Sequence record: CP088595.1
Length of the DNA stretch: 64,000 nt
Reading direction: 5' to 3' (one strand)
Source: a plasmid
Shown here: positions 30,594 through 40,255 of the stretch, one piece after another
How the letters are laid out: each line of letters opens with the position of its first letter
Numbering within the stretch: the first letter of the stretch is position 1
Made by a program: the position numbers and the translations under genes
Notes under the pieces: model-generated
Told to the model about the DNA's origin: nothing
The model's database searches: none
Seen by the model: the letters and a program-made list of their open reading frames with translations, nothing else

Positions 30594-32388
30594 GTTTGAT
30601 ATCCAAATACTGAAAATACCCCGGCACCACATGATGTATTTTCTGTTGGATAGGATGTTATCTGATAGGAAGTACCTGCAGGTACAGCAAAGCTGATAAA
30701 GGCTGTTTTTCCATATGCAGGGTTATTGCTGGCATTCACGCTAATTAGCGTCCCACCAACATATCCCTGCAGTCGGGATGTATTTGCACATGCACCTCCG
30801 GCAGATCCTCCATTACCTCCAGATGCATAAATAAACAATGTACTGCCCCCTGAATTCCTCCCTGAGAATGAACCTCTATGTGAACCTAAGTTTGTGTAAG
30901 AACCATTGAGCGAACCAGAAGTCTTCCACGTACCGGATTGGCACGTAGGCCAGTGCCAATCCGGTACTTGGCGTAAAAGCAATTCTGGTAGTACGGTGAT
31001 AACTGGTCGTATAGCAAATGGTCAGCAAATACCGCTGCCAACAGGATTTTCTGCCAGTCAGTGCTCATGGAGTGTGAGCAATGCAGAAAACCCTCAAGGT
31101 TGGAAGCCGAATTACTTTGCAGGATCAGTTGCAACTTATGATGCAAATCGAATTGTTAAATGTGGTTTTTATGATGAATACAATTTCCATAAAGGGACAT
31201 TTAGAGCTGATTTAACCGGAAAATGTAGTTATGTCGTCGCGTGTCAGAACTGAGATTAAATTGCTGGCGCTGCTGGCCTACGTGCCAATCCGGTACCTGG
31301 AAATCATCATCAGCGTCGATATGGACGAATATAAAAACATTTACGTTATATCCCAAAAACACACAGGTCTTAGGGAGGTTTAAACTGTGTATTAACACCT
31401 ATCGTATTGACGGGCGTGAAATGGCAGAAACAGAAGTCGTTCCTATTGACATGCCTGACTCTAACGGCGAGATGACTTGGCAAGCCAAAAACTACACACA
31501 GTATTCGTCCTACTTTATGAAGATTACTTGCTTGAAATAGCTTATTGGCAAATGGCATATACAGTTATTGAACCATTCTGATCTTCGGTTGTATCGCACG
31601 CAGCCGACCATGAGTTATTGGCTGATGGGAATGACCTGGTAAGCCATATGTAACCAGTTCGTGAGGTGCATATTCCGCCGCCACCTGTAACACGTTTTCC
31701 AGTTGGACAGGTAGCTGTTGCTCCAGGAAAGCGCCAACCTGTGGCCTGTGCTGTAGCAATTTGAAGCTCACCAGATCCTACCTTTCTCCAGGTACCGGAT
31801 TGGCACTGGCCTACGTGCCAATCCGGTACGTGGGGGACAATAGGTGGAAAACTCAAAGTTACTCAGCTTTCCACCACAGGTTATCTGGGGCAATTCGACT
31901 TCTGTGCCATTGCCAGAATGGGCAACGCAGAGGATGCCCACTACTGCCAGGTAGTTGAGAGCCCAGCAGGTTCACGCAAATGGTACAAATACGAGCATAA
32001 GACAGGTTGTATTGCGTCGTGTGTAACGCTCAATTAAGTTTGATATCCAAATACTGAAAATACCCCGGCACCACATGATGTATTTTCTGTTGGATAGGAT
32101 GTTATCTGATAGGAAGTACCTGCAGGTACAGCAAAGCTGATAAAGGCTGTTTTTCCATATGCAGGGTTATTGCTGGCATTCACGCTAATTAGCGTCCCAC
32201 CAACATATCCCTGCAGTCGGGATGTATTTGCACATGCACCTCCGGCAGATCCTCCATTACCTCCAGATGCATAAATAAACAATGTACTGCCCCCTGAATT
32301 CCTCCCTGAGAATGAACCTCTATGTGAACCTAAGTTTGTGTAAGAACCATTGAGCGAACCAGAAGTCTTCCACGTACCGGATTGGCAC
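30371..32388. repeat. Shufflon: multiple-inversion region with seven 19-bp sfx repeats (GTGCCAATCCGGTAC[G/T/C]TGG) and alternative pilV C-terminal exons on both strands
   Basis: sfx repeats at 30371-30389 (+), 30926-30944 (-), 30953-30971 (+), 31282-31300 (+), 31788-31806 (-), 31815-31833 (+) and 32370-32388 (-). Each repeat encodes CQSGTW in frame with an ORF. Segment ORFs end at 30593 (+), 30590 (-), 31253 (+), 31540 (+), 31542 (-), 32037 (+) and 32034 (-). Confidence 0.9.
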
Positions 32389-32439
32389 GCTTGCAGAGAA
32401 TGATTGTTGGCATTATTTTTTGCCTCTTTTGAGGTTAGC

Positions 32440-33594
32440 ATGCCGTCTCCACGCATCCGTAAAATGTCCCTGTCACGCGCACTGGATAAGTACCTGAAAA
32501 CAGTTTCTGTTCACAAGAAAGGGCATCAACAGGAGTTTTACCGGAGCAATGTTATCAAGCGATATCCCATTGCTCTTCGGAATATGGACGAAATAACAAC
32601 CGTTGATATTGCTACATACAGAGACGTTCGTTTAGCAGAAATAAACCCCCGAACGGGTAAAGCCATTACAGGTAATACTGTACGTCTTGAACTCGCCCTT
32701 CTGTCATCTCTGTTCAATATTGCTCGTGTTGAATGGGGAACCTGTCGTACTAACCCGGTTGAACTGGTTCGCAAGCCGAAAGTATCCTCCGGACGAGATC
32801 GCCGGCTAACGTCTTCAGAAGAACGTCGCCTTTCTCGCTATTTCCGCGAAAAAAATCTGATGTTGTATGTCATTTTCCATCTTGCCCTTGAAACAGCCAT
32901 GCGGCAGGGCGAAATACTGGCCTTACGTTGGGAGCACATTGATTTGCGCCACGGTGTGGCTCATTTACCTGAAACCAAAAACGGTCACTCACGGGATGTT
33001 CCTCTGTCCAGACGTGCCCGTAACTTTCTTCAAATGATGCCCGTTAATCTCCACGGCAATGTTTTTGATTACACCGCATCCGGCTTTAAAAATGCCTGGA
33101 GAATAGCCACACAACGACTTCGCATCGAGGACCTGCATTTTCACGATCTACGGCATGAAGCAATAAGCCGCTTCTTCGAACTGGGTAGCCTGAATGTAAT
33201 GGAGATTGCTGCAATATCAGGACATCGTTCCATGAATATGCTGAAACGGTATACTCATCTTCGTGCATGGCAACTGGTCAGTAAGCTTGATGCCCGCCGG
33301 CGGCAGACACAAAAAGTGGCAGCATGGTTTGTGCCGTATCCTGCCCATATCACGACTATCGATGAAGAAAATGGGCAGAAAGCGCATCGTATTGAGATCG
33401 GTGATTTTGATAACCTTCACGTCACTGCCACAACAAAAGAGGAAGCAGTTCACCGCGCCAGTGAGGTTTTGTTGCGTACACTGGCCATTGCAGCACAGAA
33501 AGGCGAACGTGTCCCATCTCCCGGAGCGTTACCTGTTAACGACCCTGACTACATTATGATTTGCCCTCTGAACCCGGGCAGCACACCGCTGTAA
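32440..33594 (+). CDS. rci: Rci, shufflon-specific tyrosine recombinase (384 aa)
   Basis: ATG 32440 with GAGG SD gives 384 aa, the R64 Rci length. Integrase-family catalytic residues are present (…HDLRHEA…, LLRYTH-like [13 protein letters not shown]). It lies immediately 3' of the last sfx repeat. Confidence 0.9.
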   Translation: MPSPRIRKMSLSRALDKYLKTVSVHKKGHQQEFYRSNVIKRYPIALRNMDEITTVDIATYRDVRLAEINPRTGKAITGNTVRLELALLSSLFNIARVEWGTCRTNPVELVRKPKVSSGRDRRLTSSEERRLSRYFREKNLMLYVIFHLALETAMRQGEILALRWEHIDLRHGVAHLPETKNGHSRDVPLSRRARNFLQMMPVNLHGNVFDYTASGFKNAWRIATQRLRIEDLHFHDLRHEAISRFFELGSLNVMEIAAISGHRSMNMLKRYTHLRAWQLVSKLDARRRQTQKVAAWFVPYPAHITTIDEENGQKAHRIEIGDFDNLHVTATTKEEAVHRASEVLLRTLAIAAQKGERVPSPGALPVNDPDYIMICPLNPGSTPL

Positions 33595-33744
33595 ACATCA
33601 TTCAAAACACATACAGAAAGGCGAGTTACAACAACTCGCCAAACACATTCGATCTGCATGATCGAAATTATTCGTTTCACCAGAAAAAACACCGAAGATA
33701 CAATAACCACATGAGCTGAAAAGACTTTTTCAGTCGGAGGAACA

Positions 33745-34569
33745 ATGAGACTGAATACGACCGGTATTGCGGCCCGAATGATGCTCTCGCTGGACAAAAA
33801 AGCAATCGGCGAAAAACTCATCAACGGTCGTCAGATAAACCCGACACCACTGCAGGTCCGTTACCCACAAGGGGTAAGAGAAGTTCTGGGGATAATGAGC
33901 GAACAATTAGCCATATCCACCGCTGATTTAACCCGAATCCTGCTTGAGGATGCTCTTCATAATATGTTTATGCCTGCGGATAACACCACAGGAAACATAA
34001 TAAGCAGAATTGAATACATCATGCTGTCGCATGATATAAATGCGCCATTACTGGCAACATTGCTGTCGCCATGGAATATCCGCTCCACGGTTATACAGGA
34101 CCCGGCCAGACTTGCAGACTATCTTTCAGCTGACGCTCTCGAACATCTTGCTGAATGTTTTAATCTCAATCCGGACTGGCTGAATGGCCATGAAAACTAT
34201 CCGATAGCGTTGTCCGGTGAATGGCCAGATACTGCTGATAATTTCAGAATGCTTATTAATGATAGCAGCAACACTGAAGTTATTTTCTGGCATAGTTTCC
34301 CCTTCGCAGGAAACACGAAAAGAGAATATTGCGGGGTAATATTGAGACAGGAAAAAGAAATAAATGGCTCTGTAATATATCCGGCACTATCATTATCACC
34401 AACACTTCTGAACGATGAAAAAAGAAAATGGTTAACTGAATATACAACCAGGCAGAATACAACAATGTCTTTGCGACGCGTCACGTTGAGACCTGGCCTT
34501 GCCGAGAACCTTATTACAGGGCAAATACTACCTGTTAGCTTATTTAATACGTCTTTATTACCCTGGTAA
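33745..34569 (+). CDS. traE: TraE-position protein (274 aa)
   Basis: First ORF after rci. Assigned from IncI1 gene order. Confidence 0.5.
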   Translation: MRLNTTGIAARMMLSLDKKAIGEKLINGRQINPTPLQVRYPQGVREVLGIMSEQLAISTADLTRILLEDALHNMFMPADNTTGNIISRIEYIMLSHDINAPLLATLLSPWNIRSTVIQDPARLADYLSADALEHLAECFNLNPDWLNGHENYPIALSGEWPDTADNFRMLINDSSNTEVIFWHSFPFAGNTKREYCGVILRQEKEINGSVIYPALSLSPTLLNDEKRKWLTEYTTRQNTTMSLRRVTLRPGLAENLITGQILPVSLFNTSLLPW

Positions 34570-34654
34570 ATACCAGATAGTACCAAAGTAAAAAATTACG
34601 GCACATCCGTGTCATAGCGTTGTTTTGTCTAAATTCTGATAAACAGGAAATTAA

Positions 34655-35857
34655 ATGATGAAGAAAAATCATATTACCCGCACCATCATTGCATCTGCTG
34701 TATTATTTTCCTTTAACGCTGCAGCAGCGACGTCATATTTTGAAGCGCGTAACGATGCAATGGGTGGCACCGGGGTAGCATCTTCCCATTATGGTGTGGC
34801 ACCTCTGGCAAACCCGGCTTTACTGACAAAGCACAACAGCAATGATGATTTCAGCCTTCTTCTGCCGTCTGTTGGGGCACAAGTTGCTGATCCTGATGAT
34901 GTATCAAATAAAGCTGATGATGTTAAAGATGACTGGGATTTGTTTGACAGTGCTGTAGATAACCAGCATGGCGTACAACAGGCAGCGGCAAATCTTAAAC
35001 ATCGTCTGCAGGAATTCCGCAATATCAATGCAGATGCTCAGGTAGGTGTATCAGCTGTAGCAGCCATGGCAAATGACACTCTGCCGTTTGCCCTTATGGT
35101 CAAGTCTTACGGAACTGTCAGCGTAAACGGAAAAGTAAACGATGCAGACCTGGATTATCTGGACAAAGTTGCCAATGGAACAATTACCGACGTCGATAAG
35201 AATGCCCTGACCTCACGCGCATTCGGGCGTGCAGCTGTAATTACCGACGTCGGAATTTCATTTGCCAAAGAACTGGAAACGGCCGGACAAAAATGGTCTC
35301 TTGGCGTCACACCAAAATATCAGCGTGTGGACCTGTTTAACTACAACGTAACGGTTCGTGATTACGACAAAGACGATTTTGACGGTGACAAGTACCACAA
35401 CACGAAAAACGGATTCAACGCCGATATTGGTGCTTATACAGACCTGAATGACAACTGGACTGTCGGTCTTGTTGCCCAGAACATCATTCCACGCAGTATT
35501 GATACTAAAGTCGTCAATGGCTTTAAAGAAACCTTCAAAGTTCGTCCACAGGCAACCGCCGGTGTATCCTGGCATAATGACCTGTTTACCACTGCTCTTG
35601 ACGTTGATCTGACTCCTGCCAGTGGCTTCACTTCTGACAGCAAACGTCAGTTTGCAAGTGTTGGTGCTGAATTTAACGCATGGAAATGGGCGCAATTGCG
35701 TGCCGGTTATCGTCAGAACATGGCATCAAACTCCGGAAGCGCCTTCACCGCTGGCGTTGGTATCTCTCCATTTGACGTCGTACATATCGATGTTTCCGGC
35801 CTGGTAGGAACTGACCACGATTACGGTGCAATGGCACAACTTCAGTTCACTTTCTGA
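34655..35857 (+). CDS. traF: TraF-position protein (400 aa), secreted/outer-membrane beta-rich protein
   Basis: Signal peptide and a C-terminal aromatic residue (…QLQFTF). Size matches R64 TraF. Confidence 0.55.
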   Translation: MMKKNHITRTIIASAVLFSFNAAAATSYFEARNDAMGGTGVASSHYGVAPLANPALLTKHNSNDDFSLLLPSVGAQVADPDDVSNKADDVKDDWDLFDSAVDNQHGVQQAAANLKHRLQEFRNINADAQVGVSAVAAMANDTLPFALMVKSYGTVSVNGKVNDADLDYLDKVANGTITDVDKNALTSRAFGRAAVITDVGISFAKELETAGQKWSLGVTPKYQRVDLFNYNVTVRDYDKDDFDGDKYHNTKNGFNADIGAYTDLNDNWTVGLVAQNIIPRSIDTKVVNGFKETFKVRPQATAGVSWHNDLFTTALDVDLTPASGFTSDSKRQFASVGAEFNAWKWAQLRAGYRQNMASNSGSAFTAGVGISPFDVVHIDVSGLVGTDHDYGAMAQLQFTF

Positions 35858-35916
35858 TTACAGTCCCCGCCCCCGGCACTAAACCCGGGGGTATTTTTAT
35901 ATTCAGTTTAAATAAC

Positions 35917-36501
35917 ATGATGAAACCACGTTCTTCTTATTCAAAGACAGCATTCATTCTTTTATTTTCTGTTTTCCTGGTAGCTGCAGTGACAAAAGCA
36001 AAAAGCTCGCTTCCCGATATCACCCTGGAACAGGCAAAAGAAATTAATGCTGATAACACCGTTATTTTCCTTTTCCGCCATGGAGAACGTTGCGACCGTT
36101 CAGATATGCCCTGCTATTCGGATAAGAGCGGAATCACTATTACCGGTACAGAGAAAGCACAGCAGGAAGGTATTAAGTTCGCAACAATCTTCAGTGAATA
36201 TGATATTTACTCCAGCAATGCGGTAAGAACCATACAAACTGCAAAATTCTTCTCCGGTAAAGAACCCGTCGTTATGGACAGTTTATCAGACTGCAATAAT
36301 GATCTTTATAAGACGCTTGAATCAATCGCAAGAGAATCTCATAAAAGGAACATAGTAATAATGACACATAATCATTGTTTATCATTTCTGGCCAGAGATA
36401 GGCTCGGCAAGAAATTCAAACCGGCGTACCTTGATGCCCTGATCATGCATTACGATGGTACCCGGCTCATACTTGACGGAAAATACAACAAAGAGGCATA
36501 G
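35917..36501 (+). CDS. traG: TraG-position protein (194 aa), histidine-phosphatase (RHG motif) family
   Basis: Signal peptide. FLFRHGER catalytic motif of the phosphoglycerate-mutase/histidine-phosphatase fold. Confidence 0.55.
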   Translation: MMKPRSSYSKTAFILLFSVFLVAAVTKAKSSLPDITLEQAKEINADNTVIFLFRHGERCDRSDMPCYSDKSGITITGTEKAQQEGIKFATIFSEYDIYSSNAVRTIQTAKFFSGKEPVVMDSLSDCNNDLYKTLESIARESHKRNIVIMTHNHCLSFLARDRLGKKFKPAYLDALIMHYDGTRLILDGKYNKEA

Positions 36502-36664
36502 AGATATTTGAATTTACATAAATTCTGATATACTCAGTAAGATACAAGAGTGTACGGGCACATGTGCCTGTCTGAATTGCAGGTTATCCGGACGAGGGCC
36601 GGGAACTGTTTCAGGGACAAGCGCCGGTACGTTCGATTCATAAATCGTCGAGTCATCCATCATG

Positions 36665-36690
36665 GATCGATTCGGCGCGGAGCGTTAAAG
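36665..36690 (+). promoter_or_regulatory. Conserved tra-leader motif, copy 3 (between traG and traH)
   Basis: CATCCATCATGGATCGATTCGGCGCGGAGCGTTAAAG. A near-consensus promoter (TTGAAT ... TATACT at about 36508-36535) lies upstream of it. Confidence 0.5.
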
Positions 36691-36894
36691 ATTACGCTCA
36701 CATTCATATTATGTCTGACGACCAATCAACCAGCCAGTATCAGGAATAATCACCTTCAGTAAACTATGAGGCTATTTACCTGGCCGCACTGGCATTTATT
36801 TCCGGTAACGCAAGTATAGCCGGAAACAAACATCATCCTGTCTGTACCGGAGCACCGGTATATCCCATTCTGATTTAACTGCTCAGGAATTATT

Positions 36895-37353
36895 ATGAAC
36901 CGTATTATACCTGCGGGGTGTCTTGCCGCCCTTTTTCTGGCTGGCTGCAACTCCCCTTCTCAGCATACTCCTGTTCCGCGTAACTACGGTGCTGCCTCTG
37001 ATGTGGCGGTTACCCGGCACACTCAGTACACATTATGGGACAAAGGTGTGTTTTCCGGCCAACTTCCGGTTTCAACGGGGTCTCATCTTCTGACAGCTAA
37101 CAGCGATCGCCTTTCCTTTGACTGGGAAGGTGATGCGATTGAATTACTGAACGAACTGGCCAGAGTCAGGGGGATGCAGTTTAACTACAATGGTGTCCGC
37201 CTGCCGTTACCAGTCAACCTTCACGTCCGGGATATGACGTTTTCCAATACGTTGAGACTTATTGAAGCCCAGACAGCCTGGAGAGCAACAATCCATCAAT
37301 ATCCGGGCTTGTTACAGGTCAGCTTCATGCAGCCGGAGAACCGGAAAAAATGA
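36895..37353 (+). CDS. traH: TraH lipoprotein (152 aa)
   Basis: Lipobox FLAGCNS. Assigned by position. Confidence 0.55.
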   Translation: MNRIIPAGCLAALFLAGCNSPSQHTPVPRNYGAASDVAVTRHTQYTLWDKGVFSGQLPVSTGSHLLTANSDRLSFDWEGDAIELLNELARVRGMQFNYNGVRLPLPVNLHVRDMTFSNTLRLIEAQTAWRATIHQYPGLLQVSFMQPENRKK

Positions 37354-38168
37354 AAGCACTCACCTCTCTCATTTTGCCAGTAATACTGCTTACTGGTTGT
37401 TCTTCTTCCCCTACCATCTCGCCAGGTGGTGTCAATACGCCACCACCTGACATTAATGCATGGCTTAAACCACGAAGTGAAAAGCCGGATAGTCTGTCAG
37501 AAACACGCTGGAAAATGCTGACCGACGCAGGTAAAACGCTTGGATTTCGTGGTGGCAAGGCTCAGCGCTCATGGGAGCTGATTCAGGCACTCAACGCCCG
37601 GGAAAGCACACTTAATGCCTTATACGATTTCCGGCCACTGATTAGCCCGGAAGGCTGGCTACCACCGGTTATTGATGAAGCACAGGACGTAGCTCATATC
37701 ACGCCAGATCAAATCCGGATCTCTTCCCGGGTCTGGACCATCATTCGCCCTGAACGCTTTGTCAGCAATCCACCGGGCTGGCGTGACTGGCTTCTCCGGG
37801 GGCTTTCAACAACAGCCACTCCGGGTACAGAAGGCAGCGTCGTTCCAGAAGACAGCGTGCAACGAAAAGTGTGGGAAACCGCATTACGGCAGGGATGGCA
37901 GGAAGGAAGACAAAACGCCGACCTGACGCTTGAAGCCAACCAGAAAACCCTCACCCGTGATTACCGGGGCATGATGCTGTACTCACTTCTCTGGCGTCAG
38001 GGCATGATCACCCGTCCGGATGTTTCTGATCAAATGCAAACCGTTACAGGTGACGGGAAAAAACTGGTCACTGGAGATCGTGTTCGTCGCCTTAAAAATC
38101 ATGCGGAATTCAATCTTCAGAAATCTCACTGGCGTCCGCTTATAGGCACTGAAGGAGGCTCCCGATGA
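37350..38168 (+). CDS. traI: TraI lipoprotein (272 aa)
   Basis: Lipobox LLTGCSS. Overlap-coupled to traH. Confidence 0.55.
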   Translation: MKALTSLILPVILLTGCSSSPTISPGGVNTPPPDINAWLKPRSEKPDSLSETRWKMLTDAGKTLGFRGGKAQRSWELIQALNARESTLNALYDFRPLISPEGWLPPVIDEAQDVAHITPDQIRISSRVWTIIRPERFVSNPPGWRDWLLRGLSTTATPGTEGSVVPEDSVQRKVWETALRQGWQEGRQNADLTLEANQKTLTRDYRGMMLYSLLWRQGMITRPDVSDQMQTVTGDGKKLVTGDRVRRLKNHAEFNLQKSHWRPLIGTEGGSR

Positions 38169-39313
38169 ATATTCCTGATGAGTTTGGTCTTTTTCCGTTT
38201 CAGCGTTTCACTGCAGATGAACTACGGCATTTCTTTGTCTGGTGTGCCGCACATAAAGTCAGTGATGTGGATCTGACCGGCGGGTCACCTGTATCTGTCA
38301 GTCGCTTTGGCCGACGGGTGCGTTGTTCCAGTGCAACGTTACCAACCACACTCATGTCCTCCCTGATTGATGAACTGTTCGGTCGGGAAGTCATTCCCCG
38401 CGTTCTGGCAGGCAATCCGGTTGACAGGACGATACAGATTAACGGGGATGCATCCGGGCGCTATGGTCTTAAACGCGGAGAACGCATCCGGTTACGCTCT
38501 CACCTCATTCAGGGCACATCTGGTGCGGAGGAGAAAGCAATCTCAATAACCATGCGTGTCATCCCGACAGAAATACCGGACATTCTCTCCATAAACATTG
38601 AACCAGACCTGCTTGAAGCAATGGTCTGCAAAAGCGGTCTGGGATTTGTATGTGGTGAAACAGGGTCAGGAAAATCAACGCTGTGTGCAGCACTGTACTG
38701 TTACATTAAGAAGAATTATCCCAACGCCAAAATCGTGACATATGAAGACCCGGTGGAATATATCCTGGGAAATGAAAACGATCTGCTCCCACCGCATCAG
38801 GCAGAAATCGGGCGTGATGTGGTCAGTTTTGCTGCCGGACTGCGTTCTGCTGTACGACGTAATCCCGAAATTATCGGTGTTGGTGAGATCAGGGATAACG
38901 AAACCGCCGACGCAGCGGTACAGGCAGGCAACACCGGACATTACTGCCTGAGCACCATGCATACGAAATCTCCTGGTGAAACGCTGGCACGTCTTCTTGG
39001 GCTGTTTCCCCCTGTCATCAGGGATTCGATGGCCTGGGCTGTCCTGTCACTGTTGCAGTTCATTCTGGTTCAGGTTCTGGTCAGAACAAATGACGGTGGC
39101 CGTAAAGCCGTCCGGGAATATATCGTCATTAACGATGAGCTTCGCGACAATCTTTCCGGAATGCCACATGCAGAGTGGGGGCATCACATTGATGCCATAA
39201 TCCGGCAGGAAAAACGTCGTATCCGGGATCAGATTCTGGAAATGTATATCCGGAATGAAGTTGACCGAAGAGAAGCGATTCTTTTTATCCCGCCAGGGGA
39301 GTTACGGTCATGA
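38165..39313 (+). CDS. traJ: TraJ, secretion NTPase (PilT/VirB11-like), 382 aa
   Basis: Walker A GETGSGKST and downstream Asp/His boxes (…GEIRDNETA…, …STMHT…). Confidence 0.7.
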   Translation: MNIPDEFGLFPFQRFTADELRHFFVWCAAHKVSDVDLTGGSPVSVSRFGRRVRCSSATLPTTLMSSLIDELFGREVIPRVLAGNPVDRTIQINGDASGRYGLKRGERIRLRSHLIQGTSGAEEKAISITMRVIPTEIPDILSINIEPDLLEAMVCKSGLGFVCGETGSGKSTLCAALYCYIKKNYPNAKIVTYEDPVEYILGNENDLLPPHQAEIGRDVVSFAAGLRSAVRRNPEIIGVGEIRDNETADAAVQAGNTGHYCLSTMHTKSPGETLARLLGLFPPVIRDSMAWAVLSLLQFILVQVLVRTNDGGRKAVREYIVINDELRDNLSGMPHAEWGHHIDAIIRQEKRRIRDQILEMYIRNEVDRREAILFIPPGELRS

Positions 39314-39600
39314 AAAGAGAAGGTTTCTGGCGATATGCAACACCGCCAGTCAACATCCAGGGCGTACCTCTGCCGTTCACCATGATTTATCTGTTTATAT
39401 GCCCTTTTCCCTCCGAAACAACCTTCTGGATTTGCACCGGCATCATTTTATTTTTCGTCATTCTCGACCGTTCAGGCTGGACTGTCAGGACTATCTGTAC
39501 ACGTATTTTCAGCATTCTGAGAGGGGCCATCGCCTCCGGTCGCCCATGGTGGTATCGCCACCATACGGAATCACCACGAGACTGGACTGGCCTCGATTAA
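39310..39600 (+). CDS. traK: TraK (96 aa), small membrane protein
   Basis: ATGA overlap with the traJ stop. Hydrophobic core. Confidence 0.5.
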   Translation: MKREGFWRYATPPVNIQGVPLPFTMIYLFICPFPSETTFWICTGIILFFVILDRSGWTVRTICTRIFSILRGAIASGRPWWYRHHTESPRDWTGLD

Positions 39601-39614
39601 ATTCTGGAGTCTTT

Positions 39615-40166
39615 ATGTCAGGTAAAAAAACTATCGTTACTCTGCTCCGGGTATCACTACTGGCATGCCCGTTACTGTTCACGACACCATCGTTTGCAAT
39701 GATCGACACGCCATCCGTGAAGGTCGGCTTTTCTCCTGAAGGAAGTGCATCCGCTCTGGTGCTTGACACAATCAACAGTGCGGAAAGCTCCATCAGGATG
39801 ATGGCATATTCTTTCACCGACCCGGATGTAATGCATGCGCTGGCAAAAGCGAAAAAACGCGGAGTTGACGTCCGTATTGTTGTTGATGACAAGGGGAATA
39901 CGAACCGGGCAAGTCGGGAAGCGATGAAATATATCAACCTGCTGGACATTCCTCTGCGGACTGTAGATGTCTTCCCCATCCATCATGACAAAGTCATCAT
40001 TGTTGACGGAAACACGGTTGAAACCGGCTCCTATAACTTCTCTCGTGCTGCTGCACACAAGAATTCAGAGAATGTCGTTGTGCTTAAGAATATGCCGGAT
40101 GTAGCCGCACAATATCTTGAACACTGGCAGGATCGCTGGAATAAGGGTACAGACTGGAGACCCTGA
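39615..40166 (+). CDS. nuc: Nuc, periplasmic phospholipase-D-family endonuclease (183 aa)
   Basis: ATG 39615 with GGAG SD. Signal peptide. HKD motif HHDKVIIVDGNTVETGSYNFS. The listed ORF 39255..40166 has an upstream artefactual extension. Confidence 0.75.
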   Translation: MSGKKTIVTLLRVSLLACPLLFTTPSFAMIDTPSVKVGFSPEGSASALVLDTINSAESSIRMMAYSFTDPDVMHALAKAKKRGVDVRIVVDDKGNTNRASREAMKYINLLDIPLRTVDVFPIHHDKVIIVDGNTVETGSYNFSRAAAHKNSENVVVLKNMPDVAAQYLEHWQDRWNKGTDWRP

Positions 40167-40176
40167 CAAACATTTC

Positions 40177-40230
40177 TCCCCCGGTTTTCTATCCCCCCAG
40201 CCACCCCCGGTTTCCGGCGGTGGTTTTTTT
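40177..40230 (+). terminator. Rho-independent terminator after nuc
   Basis: CCACCCCCGGTTTCCGGCGGTGG hairpin followed by TTTTTTT. Confidence 0.55.
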
Positions 40231-40255
40231 CCGTCTTTTTTCAGGAGAAGCACTC

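Noticed and set aside
32034-32456. Listed 140-aa minus ORF extending beyond the last sfx repeat
   Set aside because: Only the part distal to the CQSGTW repeat is a shufflon exon (A' copy). The N-terminal MRGDG… extension is the rci upstream region read in the wrong context.
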